Shown: positions 13,125 through 26,611 of the stretch, piece after piece
Numbering within the stretch: the first letter of the stretch is position 1
Layout: every line of letters begins with the position of its first letter
Origin: Lama glama
Lineage: Eukaryota
Reading direction: 5' to 3'
Assembly (NCBI GenBank): GCA_028534125.1
Contig: CM052817.1
Location: 101,434,001-101,498,000 of the forward strand
DNA length: 64,000 bases
Program-made: the position numbers and the translations under genes
The notes under the pieces: generated by a model
Seen by the model: the letters and a program-made list of their open reading frames with translations, nothing else
Told to the model about the DNA's origin: nothing
Databases searched by the model: none

Positions 13125-13519
13125 ATTGTGCTGGTAGGGGTTTAACTAAACTGACTCTTTGGAAAGTGGGGTGGGGCTTGGTTTATAGTATTTGCCTATT
13201 TGTGTAGCGTAAATACTCCCAACATGGCCAGTTTCAGATTACCAACGTGGCGACAATGAGGGTTGGGAAAAGATGCTCAGTAGCGCACCATTAGACAGTA
13301 TTTCTCCCATACAGGTGCAGTAGGTGTACATCTCAAAAACAGAGAAAATGGTAAAACATAAAATAATTACAGAGGGATGAGTTTTTAGTTTTAGTACCAT
13401 TGTTTTTAATATGATACAGTTTATCGTAGTTTGTGTGATTTAATCTTAGTGATGGCAGTGTTTAACAGCTGGCTCCCTGTTACTTAACAGTTGGCTTGCC
13501 TACTCCAACACATCACCGT
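13125..13519. mobile_element. hAT DNA transposon fossil (MER63-like)
   Basis: Ends resemble recalled MER63 termini: tgtgctggta.. and ..tgtttaacagctggctc..ccaacacatcac. Confidence 0.55.
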
Positions 13520-14495
13520 TCTTAATCTTTAAGAGCTGCGTTTGAGCTTGCTTTTCCCTGAAACTAGAGATGGTTAAGAAGCCCACGGGCATTGGTCCAG
13601 CCAAGCTCTAGGTAATCCTTAGTCCTGGATTCTGAGTACAACTGGGGTAGACATAGAGTCAAATTACTAGTGGTCTGAGATCAAATTTGATTCAGTACAT
13701 GTTATAATTGATATTTCCAAATATTTAAATGAATTGTGAAGTTTAAGGGATATTTGAGAGCTGATTTCCATCTTAACCCATTCTTCACATGTAGTTATTT
13801 TTAAAATCTTACTATCTGTCCTATTTTTAAAGGATTCTGGGAGAGATTTTACAGTCTCCTAGTAGGTTTCACAGTTGTTCAGGGCCAGGTCAGATCACTG
13901 AAATGTCCTTTCTGAGGTTGGGCCAGGACCAAAACAATACATAGGAAGAACTGGACATGACTTTTCCTCTGATGTTTGCCACATCATTAGTCTAACAGGA
14001 TTACAAAGTTCTTGGCCTGTCTCTGAAATAGATGTTATGATCCTAAATTTTATCAAGCAGTTCTCTCTAAACAACTAGGAAAGGAAATGAGTAGAGCTGG
14101 CAGCCAAGAAGCATGAACCATCCCAATAATTCTTGAGCAGAAAAGTCTAAACTGTAAACCCGATAATACTTTTTTTGTGTGAACATGATTGGAGTAAAAT
14201 ATAAAACATTTTCCAGCTAACGTGGCATCATTTGTAAGAGCAGTTACAATGTGACAGATGGTAGGAAGATGCTTTAAAATTGTACATAAACTCCCTTTCA
14301 GGGTGTGCTTCTTGAATACTGTCTATATACCTGGAGGAAAATGTACTGCATGATGAAATGGCCCTTTGTGATGAATTTATATTATACTTATACCAGCTTG
14401 ATTTTTTAAAAATTATTTGTGAGAAGTAGAGGTCAGGTAATGTGGCTGTCTCTGGAAGTACTCATTGAATCTCAAGCCTAAAGATTTCTATTAAC

Positions 14496-14686
14496 CAGGA
14501 TTGGCAAACTGCCCCCCTGAGAGCCAAATCCAAGGCGTGTTTTTCACAGCCCTTGAGCTAAAAGTATCTTTTTACACTTTTTTAAAGGTAAAAATAGACG
14601 AGATTATGCAACAGAGGCTGTATGTGGCCTGCAAAGCCTGAAATATTTACTACCTGACCCTTTATAGAAAAAATTTGCCAGCTTCC
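14496..14686. mobile_element. hAT-Charlie MITE (MER58A-like)
   Basis: caggattggcaaact ... gtatgtggcctgcaaagcctgaaatatttactacctgaccctttatagaaaaaatttgcca; imperfect terminal inverted repeats. Confidence 0.75.
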
Positions 14687-15004
14687 AAAAGATCAAAACC
14701 TGACAGGCCATGGTCTAGATATGACCTGCGAGGTGTATTTTATTTTGCTCAGACTTTCATTGTTCATTTGCATTAGTTGCTAGCATGTCCACGTATAAAA
14801 CGTCACATGCAAATTGAGATTTTCAGCTTCTTTTGGTAACAGTGATTTAGCAACCCGCATGGCAAGATGCAAGCCCACGAGAGGTGAGCAGGCCTGGCCC
14901 AGCGGTGACTGGTTCCTTTCTGAGAGGGAAGCCTCCCAGCTTTCGTCTTCAAGTCACAGTTTTGTTCCAAAGTTGATAAACCAACTTGAGGTCAAACTTT
15001 AGTT

Positions 15005-16120
15005 TCAACTTTTCAAATTCCAGGAAAAAAAGCTTGGTGCTATTTTTATTGTTGAGATTGTATTAAATGTATAAATTAACATAGAACTGGTAATCTTGAT
15101 GATGATGAAACAGTCTATTCAAGAGCAAAGGATGTCTTTCCATTTGCTCAAACATACTTTTCTGTTTTTCCAATAGTTTTATAGTTTACTTCACGTAGAA
15201 TTTTCAGTTTTCTTAAGTGTATTCTCAAGTATTTTATTTTTTTGTTGTTGCCATTGTAAATGGAGTTTTCTCTTCCATCTTATTTTATTTATTTTATTGA
15301 AGTTTGGTCAGTTTACAATGGTGTTAATTTCTGGTGTACCATCTTATTTTCTAACCGGTTGTTATTTATGTATCTGAAGGCTATTGATTTAACATATTAA
15401 CTTTACATCCTGCTATCTTCCTAAATTCTTTTTTGTTTGAGTTTGTTTTATAATTAATTCTCTTAAGTTTTCTAGGTATCCTATCATGTCATTTTCACAT
15501 AGAAATAGTTTTAATTCTTCTAACTGTTACGCTTCTAATTGTTTTCTCTTATCTAATTGCATTGGCTAATACCACTCTTAAAACTATAGTGGAGATAGAG
15601 AGCATCTTTGTCTTGTTTCTGACCTTAGTAGGGATACCTTTATAATTCTGCATTAAGGAGAATGTTGGCTTTTTATAATATGTAATTGGTAATGTTAAGG
15701 AAGTATTAATCTAGAAGTATTTTCTCAAGAATTTGTGTAAGGAATGCTTCTTGAATTCATCAAAGGATTTTCCCCGTCTGTGTAGCTAAGCATATGATCT
15801 TTCTTTTAAAATCTGCTAATGTAAATGACATTACTACATTTCCTAATGCTCAATTATCCATACATTCCTGGCATACAACCTACTTGGTCATGGTGAATTA
15901 TTCTCTTAATATGATGTTAGAGTTCATTAATAGTTTGTTTAGATTTTTTGCACCAATTTTCATAAGTGATTCTCATCTGTAATTTTTTCTTTATGTGCTA
16001 TCTCTGTAGATTTGAGTATCAGTGTTTTACCTGCTTCTTTAAAAAGATTTGGAAATTTTATTTCATTTCATTTGCTCTGAAACAATTTATGTAACACTGG
16101 GACTACCTAGTCTCCAGAGA
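15005..16120 (-). mobile_element. Ancient L1 (L1ME-like) ORF2 fragment
   Basis: T-rich antisense L1 ORF2 motifs (gattgtattaaatgtataaattaa, catctttgtcttgtttctgacc, cctacttggtcatggtg). Confidence 0.7.
15287..15338 (-). mobile_element. Ultra-short 5'-truncated young L1 3' end
   Basis: ttgaagtttggtcagtttacaatggtgttaatttctggtgta; TSD CCATCTTATTTT at 15275-15286 and 15339-15350. Confidence 0.75.
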
Positions 16121-16647
16121 TACTTCACTATAATTTTAGCTAAGAATAAAAACAAAAATTGGATCATTCCATATATATGAATCAATGCTATTTTGTTTTC
16201 CATTTAAAAATCTGACGTTCGTTCAGAAAGTTTGTTTTGCTTGCTATGTATTACCTCTTCATAAAGATGGACTAAGATTGATAGACATTTGGTTTGTTTT
16301 CAGTTGCATGCTATTTCAGAAAATATTTTTAAAGACCATTTCCAAACATATCTGCTTGCACATTTATGGGTGTTCTGAAGATGAATCCCTTGACAAAAGA
16401 AAAGAATCCCTATTCATGAAGAAAGGATCTTCTAAAGAGAATATAAGAAACATAGGACAGAGCTGAATTTTATAGAAAAGAAGTTGAAGGGTAATGGCTT
16501 TGAGGGCTTTTTAAATTGCTTTTTCCATGGATTTTCTGAAATGAATTCTAAGTAATTCTTTATTAAAAAGATTTGTGAAAAATGAGCTGGGAGTCTATTA
16601 TCAAAAACAGATTTGTAAAAATTGCTGCCTTTTAGCTGGAATGTATT

Positions 16648-16735
16648 TTTGTTTTTATTATTTATTTATTTTTAAATTGAAGTTTAGTCAGTTACAACGT
16701 GTCAATTTCTGGTGTACAGCAGTGTCCCAGTGCTG
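16648..16735 (-). mobile_element. Ultra-short young L1 3' end
   Basis: aattgaagtttagtcagttacaacgtgtcaatttctggtgtacagc; imperfect TSD TAG(C/T)TGGAAT(G/T)TATT at 16633-16647 and 16736-16750. Confidence 0.75.
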
Positions 16736-19374
16736 TAGTTGGAATTTATTAATGAAAAAAATGTGTAATTAATGCTCAAGTGTCTTTAGGTTAAAGATTA
16801 GCTTTTAATAGTTAAATCCCAACTGCTTTCTGAAAAACCTCTCTAAAATGTACCTGACCAACTTGCAGACTGGGTTTGATGCAGAAAAAGGGCGAGTTAT
16901 TTTGTAAGCCCAAACTTGGAAGGTGTCATGTTTCTCATAACATTTTGAAAAGTAACTATGGGAACTTTTTACAAATTTAAATTGAACAGATGTGTGACTT
17001 TTTTCTGTCCAGTTGTGGTTGTTACCGTTGTACTTCCTGCTTACGTGTTTCCTGTGTTATGAGAGCTTTGGAGACCCACACCTGACTGAGTTTAACTTGC
17101 TTAGCAAGTTTCCATCCAAGCAGATTTGGTTTGATGCTGATGTCAACTGGAACAAATATTTTGCCTTTAAGGGCCCTAATACAATCAGTTTGTGTTTACA
17201 GGGACTGAAATGGTCTGCGTGTTTGTTTGTTTTTAACAGATAAAATATACTTTTAATGACAACAGTTTCCTTAGTGGATCCAGAAAGATAACTTCTTTTT
17301 TGAAACGCTGTCAACGTTTTGACATAGCACACCTTCAGGGAATAAAGTATCTGGATATCAATATTATTTTGCATAACCATAACTGAGAGTATCTAAGAAG
17401 TTGCTTCACTTTTCTCAAATGTGGACAGAAGATTTAGAAGCAGTGACAGCCATGTTATATTGCAGTGTTAACTATGTTCTAATAAGACCATTTAACGAGT
17501 AAGGTGGTAATGTGGGAACTAAATATATTTTGAAGTGTCGGATGACCTTCTCTCTACTAGAAAAAGGCTCCTTGAGGGCATGTTAATTTTTCATCTCTGT
17601 AGGCCCCAGAGCACCTCACGAAGTATTTGGCACAAAAGAATTACAGCTTCATAATCTCCTGCCTCAAATAGATTCTCAGCATTGCTTATCAACATTTTTA
17701 CTTAAAGCTGTAACTGGCCTTATTCCAGAAAGGCTGTAAAGCAGCTGTTACTTTCAGTCAGCTTTTCCTCTCAGTCCCGAAAACTATTTCAAACATTTAC
17801 CACCCAGGCCTCTGTACTCAGCCCAACTTTCCTCAATTTTCTCTATTAAAAAAAAAAATTAAATTTGAGCTCTTCAATCATAAATTTCAACTCCCTAACC
17901 CCCCACCTCTAATTATTTCCACACCCATGCTTCTGTGGAGGCCAGCCTCTCTGCTATGCCCATGACCCAACTCCCTCCTGGCTGCTCCAAGACCTTCATC
18001 TTCCTTCTCTTCCTCTCCCTCCAGTGTCTTCCCTCTTCCTCTCTGCTGCCTGGTCTTTTGTCACACCCCTACAGTGTTTCATCAGACTACATTGCCAGAC
18101 AGAGCAAAGTAACGTTCCTCCCCTTGTATTCTGACCCCCTAGGGCTCGGCCAGGTTGCTCAGGTTGATTTTTGAACATTTTATTCACATTCACTTTTTCT
18201 CCATTTATTAAAACATTTGAACATTCATTTACTAATCTCATATTTGCCAGGCATTATATTAGATGTTGATGATACGAAGATAAATGAGTTCTATGGTTCT
18301 TTCCTCAAAGAATTCCAATTAAGTGAAGGAGGCAGACACACAAACAGGGGATGAGAATACTGAAGAAAGCCAAGGCGAGGAGGCACAGAGTGTTAAACGC
18401 GAATGTGGAAGAGGCGCACCGCTCACCGACCTAGACCCACACTCCTTAGGGTTTAGATCCATAGACAGAAAACTGACTCTGGGTGAGTCCACCCCTGGAA
18501 ATCACTCTCCCAATTCTTGATATTTGTTTAATAAATCCATAGTGGGAAGCACCATTATATTTTAATAAGTAAATAGTCATTTTTAAATAATACTAAGAAA
18601 AAAATATATATATATAATTTATTGCTATCCAAAATTTCTACAGACCATATGCTACTTTTTAATAAAGGGGGGAAATAACATATTTATAATTGCTTGTGTT
18701 TACTCACACACACAAAAAAACCCTGAAAGGATGCACAGGACACTTATTAGTCATGGTTATTTATGTGAAAGGGAGGAATTTTTCCTGTGCTTTTTATAAA
18801 CTTTATTTTTGAACTATATTTTGCTTGTACAAAAAGTTGAATTACAACAAAGAAATCCTTAGAGGTCTTGGCACCATCTGGCCCCAGCTTTTCAATCTTA
18901 TTTTCCACTTCTCTGCAACATGAAACAAATCAAGCTGGTCTTGTCTCTTAATTAAAGAATCATGAGGATGCAAATTTTGCTCATCTGAGCCTTTCATCAG
19001 GCATGTCCTCTATCTAAACCCTGTTTCTACAAGGTGCAGCTCAAATCCAGCATCCCTCATGAGACCCTCTGTGATATTGCTCACAGTGACCTGTAAAGCC
19101 ATTGCTGTCTGTAACAAGTGAAGGTATCTCCACTCACGTGGCACTGGCCACCTGCAGCTCTTAACATTACCTAAATCATGTTCGTGTTTGGACATCTTGT
19201 ATCCGCGAGATTCCCAGCTCATTCCTCCTTGCATCATCCACATATAAATAAAGCACTTAATATTTCTTGAATCAATTAATCCAGTCCCTTCACTGAGGAG
19301 GATAATTACTGTCTTAATTAAAACCACTGAATGAAAATAAACAAGCTGTTGGAAGTGTTCCCTAAGTCCCTGGA

Positions 19375-19590
19375 AATCTATGGATTTGGATCAAACAAAC
19401 TTGAGTTCAAGTGCTGGCTCTCACTGTGGATTTAGCCTAAGTTACTTAATATCCCTTAAGCTTTTCTGTCCTGTTTCTGAAATGCAGATGAAACAACTGG
19501 CCTCGAAGATGTTGAGTTTGTTTGGAGAATTAAGTGAAATAATGGAGACACAGCAATGAACACTGTGCTCTGTGCTCAGTAGGAGGTAGT
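19375..19590 (+). mobile_element. MIR SINE
   Basis: ttggatcaaacaaacttgagttcaagtgctggctc..gttacttaat..gagaattaagtgaaataat. Confidence 0.6.
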
Positions 19591-21417
19591 CCTCTCATTC
19601 TGAACCTTTATAAAGGAAGTTCTTGCCAGAAGAAAATAACATCCTTAACTGCAAATACAGTGACAGGTTACTTTCACAGGCGCACTGCCTTCCAGGGCTG
19701 GACTCCACTTGACCTCACCCTGGAGCCCGTGCTGTGGCCTGTGGAGAAACCAACTTCCCATGCATCACGCCCGCCTGCAAGCAGCCTCTGCGTTCAGGGC
19801 ATCCTCATGCCTCCCAGGACAAGGGAATCCCAGCTTAGAAATCGGGACACAAGCACTGTCCTACGTGGCGGTCAGGGTCTTCTGTAAAATTGCTGATGGG
19901 TTAATGGGCTCCTCTGGCCATATCTGGCGATCTGAGCTACCACATCTCAACTTGTTTCTATGGGAAACTATGTTCCAGCCTAACAACTGACTTAGAAATG
20001 AGGTATTGGAATGCAGCTTGTTCGGGGACTGTCTGTAGGTCAACGTTCATAACCTCATTGCCAGTGAGAAAGGAAACGACATTCATCCTGCTCTTACTGA
20101 AACGAACTACACACATATTTTGACAGCTATTGCTTGAGGACTCCACCTAACTAAACGGTGTTTAAAACAGCAGCCGCCCAAGCCCATCAGACTGAACGGA
20201 TTTTCTGGGTCTAATTATATTTGTGCTTCTAACTCCAGCAGCTCTGCTGTGCTTGTTCGGTGTCTTTTAGACATTTTTAGAATGTCACATTTTTAAGGAA
20301 GGCAGGGAGCTTTTCCTTTCGCAGCGCTCCTCTTGTGGTTACATAACACTGTGCTAAGGCAGCCGCTCCCTCCCGCCCTCCCTCCTGGAAGGCTTCCTGC
20401 CCTTGTATGGTCACTGCTCCACCGCAGTTCCCGGGACTGAGGCGAGCAAGTCCAGCCTTATTAGGATCCAAGCTTAAAAGTTAAACAGCTCAGGGGCTAA
20501 GATTAAGTGTCTCCTGAAATCTAGTCGATACTATATGAATCAACCCCATGGGGCTGGGGATGAAATTATTAGATAGGAAGATAGGTGATCTGTGCGAGGT
20601 TGGTGTCCTAACCAAAAAAAAAAAAAAAAAAAATTACTTATTTTGTTTTAAATTTTTCCTAAGTCCTGAGAAGGCATTTAACTCTCCTCTGTTTCCATTT
20701 TGTGTAATTACCACAAAAAGCAGCAGGCACGTCTTTTCCTCCGTTTTCCTTCTCTTTCTTTGGTCCTTGTGTTGGTGGGCAAAAGCCACTTCCATGTCCT
20801 CTTTGCTATTTATTCCAGCTTTACACTCAATCCCTGTGTCACCCTTCCTTCTAAACTGGTTTCTCTAAGAGAGAGAAGAAAACTGCAGAATCAGGGAGGC
20901 TGTTAATTTTCTTCTGTCCCCTCAACAAAGCCAGTTCTCAAGAAGGGGAGTGCAAGCATTTAATCTATCATAGTGAAGCCTTAGTAAGATCCCCCAAGCC
21001 CCACCCAGCGCACTTGCCCTGTTCTAAGGGATACTTGTAACTTTCTGAGAATTCTGGAAATTAAGCAAGCTGAAACTTTTTCTTACAAAAGAACTTGGAA
21101 CACCAGAGATCTCCAGTCCCCTAGGAAATGGCTCCTTTACATCATTCCCAGAGATGAAGGAGAGGTCTTGCCCTGAAACGGAAGTAGACCTAGGTGGTTA
21201 CTCATTGCTCGGGGCTGTAATCAAGCTTTTCAGGGGGTGCTGGGGAGTAACTGTTCCGGGACCTCGCAAAAGTCCTCATAGAGAAACAGGTGGTTCCTAG
21301 TCTTAGGTGTTCTGCAGATGAACCCCGGCAAGGATAGAGATCCCCTGAGGTGATGCTCTGGGGATCCTCCCAGGCTCCCTAACTCTTGAGAATTAAATGC
21401 GGGAGTGAGAGTTGGTA

Positions 21418-22595
21418 CATTCATTCATTCTTTTTCAACAATACTGTGCCCTTATTAGGTGCTGGAGGTTACAGTGGTAAACGAGTTTTCGTGAAGATGG
21501 TGGCCTAGTGTGGAAAACATTAAACAAAAACCTATACATACATCATAGCAACTCTACTAAGTACGGTGGTGGAAAACTCAGGGTTTAAGAGAGTTTAACC
21601 AAGGGACAGTTTGGATTGGGGAGAGATGGTGTGTGGGGAAGGGGGTGTCAGGGAAGAAAACAGCATTAAAACCAAAACCTACAGCTTTGTGGAGGCAGAG
21701 GTAACAGGGGTGTGACAATTTCCTGTGGCAAAAAACCTGGCTTCAGGGGAGTCAATGGGAAAGAGCCCCATGCCCAGGAAAGGGGGGAGGTGGCCACGCA
21801 ATCAGAAGGTGACAGACCCTTCAGGGTTTGTAGGAATTGTCACAGATTGTGGATTCTGTGGACAATGGGAATCCATTGAGTGGCTTCAGCAAAAGATTTA
21901 ACCCAGTCAGATCTGGATTTTTCAAAATCACTCTGGCTGCCATGTAAAGCTGGGGTCACCAAACTTTTAAAATAGTGTCGCTCTACCAATAAAACATTTA
22001 AAACCCACGTGCCAATGCAAGTATATTTGTTCTTACATCATGTTATGTGTATTACAAAATACAGAAGAGGGAGGGTCTAGCTCAGTGTTGGAGCTCATGC
22101 TTAGAATGCATGAGGTCCTGGGTTCAATCCCCAGTACCTCCATTAAAAAAATAAATAGATAAAAAATCAAATTATCCACCCCAAAAGTAAATCAAAGAAA
22201 CAAATAAATAAAATAACTTTAAAAGTAAACAAAATACAGAAGAATAGTCATTTTTAAAGGACAAGTTGAAGTCCTAAGTTTTCATCCCACAGCCCACTGG
22301 CTCCTCCTGTGATCTCTGTAGCTGCAGGTCCCACTCGAGGGGCTCCTGGTATGCGGTGTGGACGGAGAACAAGACTGGCCAAGAGGAGAGGGGTTACTAT
22401 AATAATCCAGGTCAGAGGTGCTGGGGGCTTGAATGAGGGCAGGGAAGGAGAGAAGTCAACAGATCTTAAACATATTTTACAGGCTGAACAGAGGAGACTG
22501 AATGGCTGGTTGGATGGGATGGAGGGATGGAGGGGGAAGGAGCAGGAGGAAGCATATGATGTTAAAAGTGGTTCCCAGTTTCTGGTTCGAGTAAC
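21418..22595 (-). mobile_element. L2 LINE fragment, interrupted by a probable hAT MITE (~21950-22350) that itself carries a SINE
   Basis: (cattcatt) L2 3' end at 21418; L2 motif aaaatcactctggctgc breaks at ~21945 and L2 resumes ~22360 (ataatccaggtcagagg, ggttcccagtttctgg). Confidence 0.6.
22069..22228 (+). mobile_element. tRNA-Ala-derived SINE (Vic-1-like), long form
   Basis: Exact 15-bp TSD ACAAAATACAGAAGA at 22054-22068 and 22229-22243. Confidence 0.9.
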
Positions 22596-23035
22596 TTCCC
22601 AAATGATGCTGTCAAATGACACTTGAAATACAGCTGAATAAGAGAAGTCTGCCATTTACATTTTGGAAGAAAAAGTAAATTGAAGAACGCTTACAGTCAT
22701 TTTAGCTGTGTGTGTGTGTGTTTATTTTTGTGAGAAGGATTGCCTCTAGCCCTCAACTGTTCTGTTCTCAGCTTTTATATCTCTAAGGGTAGGAAGTTCC
22801 AAGATTTAGAAATCTTAGACCCCACCTTTCTCTCTCTCTCTCTCTCTCTCAGTATTGAATACAGGCTGGATTGTAAACCTTACTGGAATATTTTTATTGT
22901 TTGCAATTTCGATTGTGATATATATTTAAATATATATATATGTGTGTGTGTGTGTATATATATATCACATATTAAATTATGTATATAAAAATTATAACTC
23001 CTCCTTTTTCCCACTGACCCATTTTATGACCCTTT

Positions 23036-23220
23036 TCTTTCTTTTCTTAAACTGAAGTATAGTCAGTTTACAATGTTGTGTCAATTTCTGGTGTACAACA
23101 TCATGTTTCAGTCATACATATACATGCATCTATTCATTTTCATACTCTTTTCCATTATAGGTTACTACAAGATGTTGAATATAGTTGCCTGTGCTCTACA
23201 GTAGAAACTTGTTTATCTAC
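23036..23220 (-). mobile_element. Young L1 3' end, 5'-truncated
   Basis: ctgaagtatagtcagtttacaatgttgtgtcaatttctggtgtaca.. matches other L1 3' ends in this window. Confidence 0.8.
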
Positions 23221-23710
23221 TCATGACTTTTTCGTGGTCCATTTTCAGAACCACTTGAGTATTTCAGTCCGTAGTAAGTACACTGAAAGTAATGCTATTC
23301 ATGGATTTCCACAAAAATAAGAAGAATGGGAGGAGTTACCGTCGTTCTAATATGTAGCTGGCAGGCCTCTTCTGCGCATGTCCGGAGACCTGGCTGGGCT
23401 CCCCTCGCTCACTCAGCCCCTGGCTCGGCTCGTATCTGTAGCCAAATGTCAGCTGCAGGTACTATTTTAAAAGCCCTTTAAAAAACCACAAGTACTTAGA
23501 GTTATTATGAGGCGCCAGAAGATAATGAATCTAGAACATTGGGTAAACTGCAGGTTCATGTACGAATGTACATTAACATCTGTAAAACAAAATTATTTCA
23601 AAGTGCTCCTGAAGTAGCAACTTATATGAAAACTGAATAAATCAATGCAAGAAATGTGAAAAGCTGTCCCAGCCACAGCCCTGTGCCACAATTAAAAGTT
23701 TGCTGCACAG

Positions 23711-23794
23711 AAGGGTAGTAGCTGACTGGTAGAGCATGTGTTTAGCATGAATGGGGTCCCAGGTTCAATCCCCAGGACCTCCACTAAAAAAAAT
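23711..23794 (+). mobile_element. tRNA-Ala-derived SINE (Vic-1-like), short form
   Basis: tagctgactggtagagcatgtgtttagcatg..ggttcaatccccaggacctcca then poly(A). Confidence 0.8.
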
Positions 23795-24208
23795 AAGTCT
23801 GCTGAATGATTCCAAGTTTGGGGTATTTAGGATGCAAGCAAGATGATTTTCCTAGATGCATACTGAGTAAAAATAGGTATTCTATACCCTGTTAGATGTC
23901 CTTAATTACTTTTGCTTCACTTTTTAGTTATAAAAATTAGTAAGCAAGCCAGAGCTGTGGGCCTATTTGGTAGTCCTAAATTATAGGAGTATTATCTATA
24001 AACTTAGAAATGTCTTGCTAATTTTCTCCAGGAAAGAGAGTTTGAGTAACTCATGAACTAATTTTAGCGAAATGCAAATTTTTCGTCTATATATGCAAAT
24101 TTACATAAAGACTAGACAATTACTTAAAGTGAAGGGTGCTCTTTAATCAGTGAGGTAGCCAAAAATCATTTGTAACTATCACATTCAGTGCTGGTGTTCA
24201 AAAACTCC

Positions 24209-24797
24209 TGCTCACTATTTACAATAGCCAAGACATGGAAACAGCCCAAATGTCCATCAACAGATGACTGGATGAAGTAGATGTGGTACATATATACAAT
24301 GGAATACTACTCAGCCACAAAAAAGAATGAAATAATGCCATTTGCAGCAACATGGATGGACCTGGAGATCGTCATTCTAAGTGAAATAAGCCAGAAAGAG
24401 AAAGAAAAATGCTATATGATATCACTTATCTGTGGAATCTAAAAGAAAGGTCACAAGTGAACTTATTATTTATAATTTAGATGACTGATTTCCTGAATGT
24501 GTGTAAGCACATTTGACTGTCCTTTATGACTGGATTACCGCATTCTGTTGATTCTTATTTTGTGGTTGGCTTTACTCCTTTGATAACTATGTAAGTTTAA
24601 AAAGCTGAAGCTCTAAACCGTTCTCAGAAACAATGAACAGTACGTATATGTAGGTTTAAAAACTTTGTGAAGTATATTGTATATATGAATTTACATGCAA
24701 TGTCTTGTATATGTGCAGTCAAACTGTGTCAATTTTACCTAATAAAACTGAAAAATGAAAAAAAAAGTAATAAAGGAAAGTAAAAGTAGGCTTAAAA
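24209..24797 (+). mobile_element. Chimeric L1 3'-UTR / foreign-tail retroelement, copy 2 (longest)
   Basis: L1 ORF2-end/3' UTR at 24212-24470 (acaatagccaagacatggaaacagcccaaatgtccatc..gtggaatct), then tail at 24475-24767 with AATAAA at 24741-24746 and an A-rich end; weak TSD ..AACTCC at ~24199-24208 and ~24798-24807. Confidence 0.85.
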
Positions 24798-26611
24798 AAA
24801 CAACTCCCAAAAGCATGAGGGAAGGGGAGTAGCCAAAATATCTCGGCCAGAAATATGAAGGGAAGACGTCCCTGCTATTAGAAGCAAACTCCTCGAAGAG
24901 CTGCCTGCCTAGGGGACTTCTTTGCATCAGGTAATGACTATGAATAGAGGACCAGCTGTACAAGCCCTTGATAGTTGGTAAGAGCCCAAAACTGTGGCAC
25001 AATCTTGGGAAACAGGGTGAGGTTAAATTTCCCATCCTGGCAGGATGGGATCTGAAATGGAAAAGAAGTTGAGGTAGAAAATAAAAGCATATTTCTGCAG
25101 AAATGAGTTTGGGGACTGATATTTATAACCACTACAAAGGGCAAACTCTTTTTTGGTATAAGTGTGGCAATAAACTTCAGCTTAGCCTGTCTGAGCACTG
25201 GTACACGCCCCAGAATAGCAGGATGGGAAGGGGTGAGGGTTAACCACACTGGCACTCTAAAATGAAAAGATGCAGAAGGGGTTCTGGGGACCAAGTCAGA
25301 GTCACTTAGACCGAGTCAACCTGGAGGGGATTTAGAAGGTTGTATAGGATCGGAATTTTTGGCAGGTAGTGAAGGCCCTGATGAGAATTTAGATTTCAGA
25401 AGCAACTTACCTACTACAACTCTCTTTTATTTCTATTTTTCCAGAAGACACGATTGCTGTGAAATGAAGACCTGTAACTCCAGGAAACAGTGGGAGGTAA
25501 GGGCTTCCCTAGGAGTCTCTCTGAGTCACCAGGAAGCACCAGGGAAGCTCACACGTACAGAATTTACCTCCCTCGCACCCTAGACGCCTGGTGGCAGGTG
25601 ATCGCAGCCAGAAGGCAGCCCTGACTCCCTCCCCCAGTGCCTGCTGTGTGCAAACGTGCCAGGAAGAACCACTGGGATTGCAAAGGCCAAGGAGGCTCTT
25701 GAAAGCGGCAAGTTGTGTTTGCTAGAGGAACGGCCTGCGGATATGTCGGGGGAAATGGAACTCAAGATGTGAAGACAGAGAGATGGGCAGTAGCAGGGTG
25801 ACAGGGACCAGCCCCTAAGAGGTGTCGAGAGAGAAGCAAAAGGGAAATAACAGGGAACTGAGCGGAGAAAGCATCGCCACCACAGGGGGATTTCTAATGG
25901 GAGGGGAAGTGAGAACCACAGAAATAGAAAGAGGAACTCGGGGACCAGAGGGCTTTATTTCCCCGCGTGCTCCCCACCCACGTCCCCCGAAGATGCAACC
26001 ACACTGGGGAAAAGAGACACAGGAAATGTCCCTCGCACCTTCGACCCTGATTCGGTGCTGGCTAAGCTGCCGGCTCTTTAAAAGGGCACTGCCACATTGG
26101 AATGGAATGAGGGATGTTCCCAGACTGGAATGTGGGTTGTTTGCAGGCAGAGAGGAATGACGTCCCCATCCAACTTTGATGCTCCTACTTAAAAAAGAAA
26201 AAAAATATTACAAATTGACACTTTTTATGTGGTGTTCATGAGGGACAGAAGGAGAGAAAGAGGGTGGGAAATTAAGAGGAAAGCCTTGTCTTCCAAGAAG
26301 TTATTTTATCACGCATTTAATCAACTCTTGCTTGAGGCTAATTATAAAAATAAATCGTGCACCTCTGCCTGCGGCAGGCAGCTTGCAAACTTCAGGTGCA
26401 GTTTGAGAGAGTCACTGTCAGGTTCCCAGTTGCGATTCAAAAGATATTTATTAAGAGCTAAACCAAATTTATGAGCATAAACATTCAGTCAGAATCTGAT
26501 GACTTTTTAATAAAATGTGAATGTAACATTTTTATTCACATATTACGCTTAAGAAATGAATAGACTCCTTAAATACATCACAAGAATTTAACAATCAAAC
26601 CTTTTCTCCAA

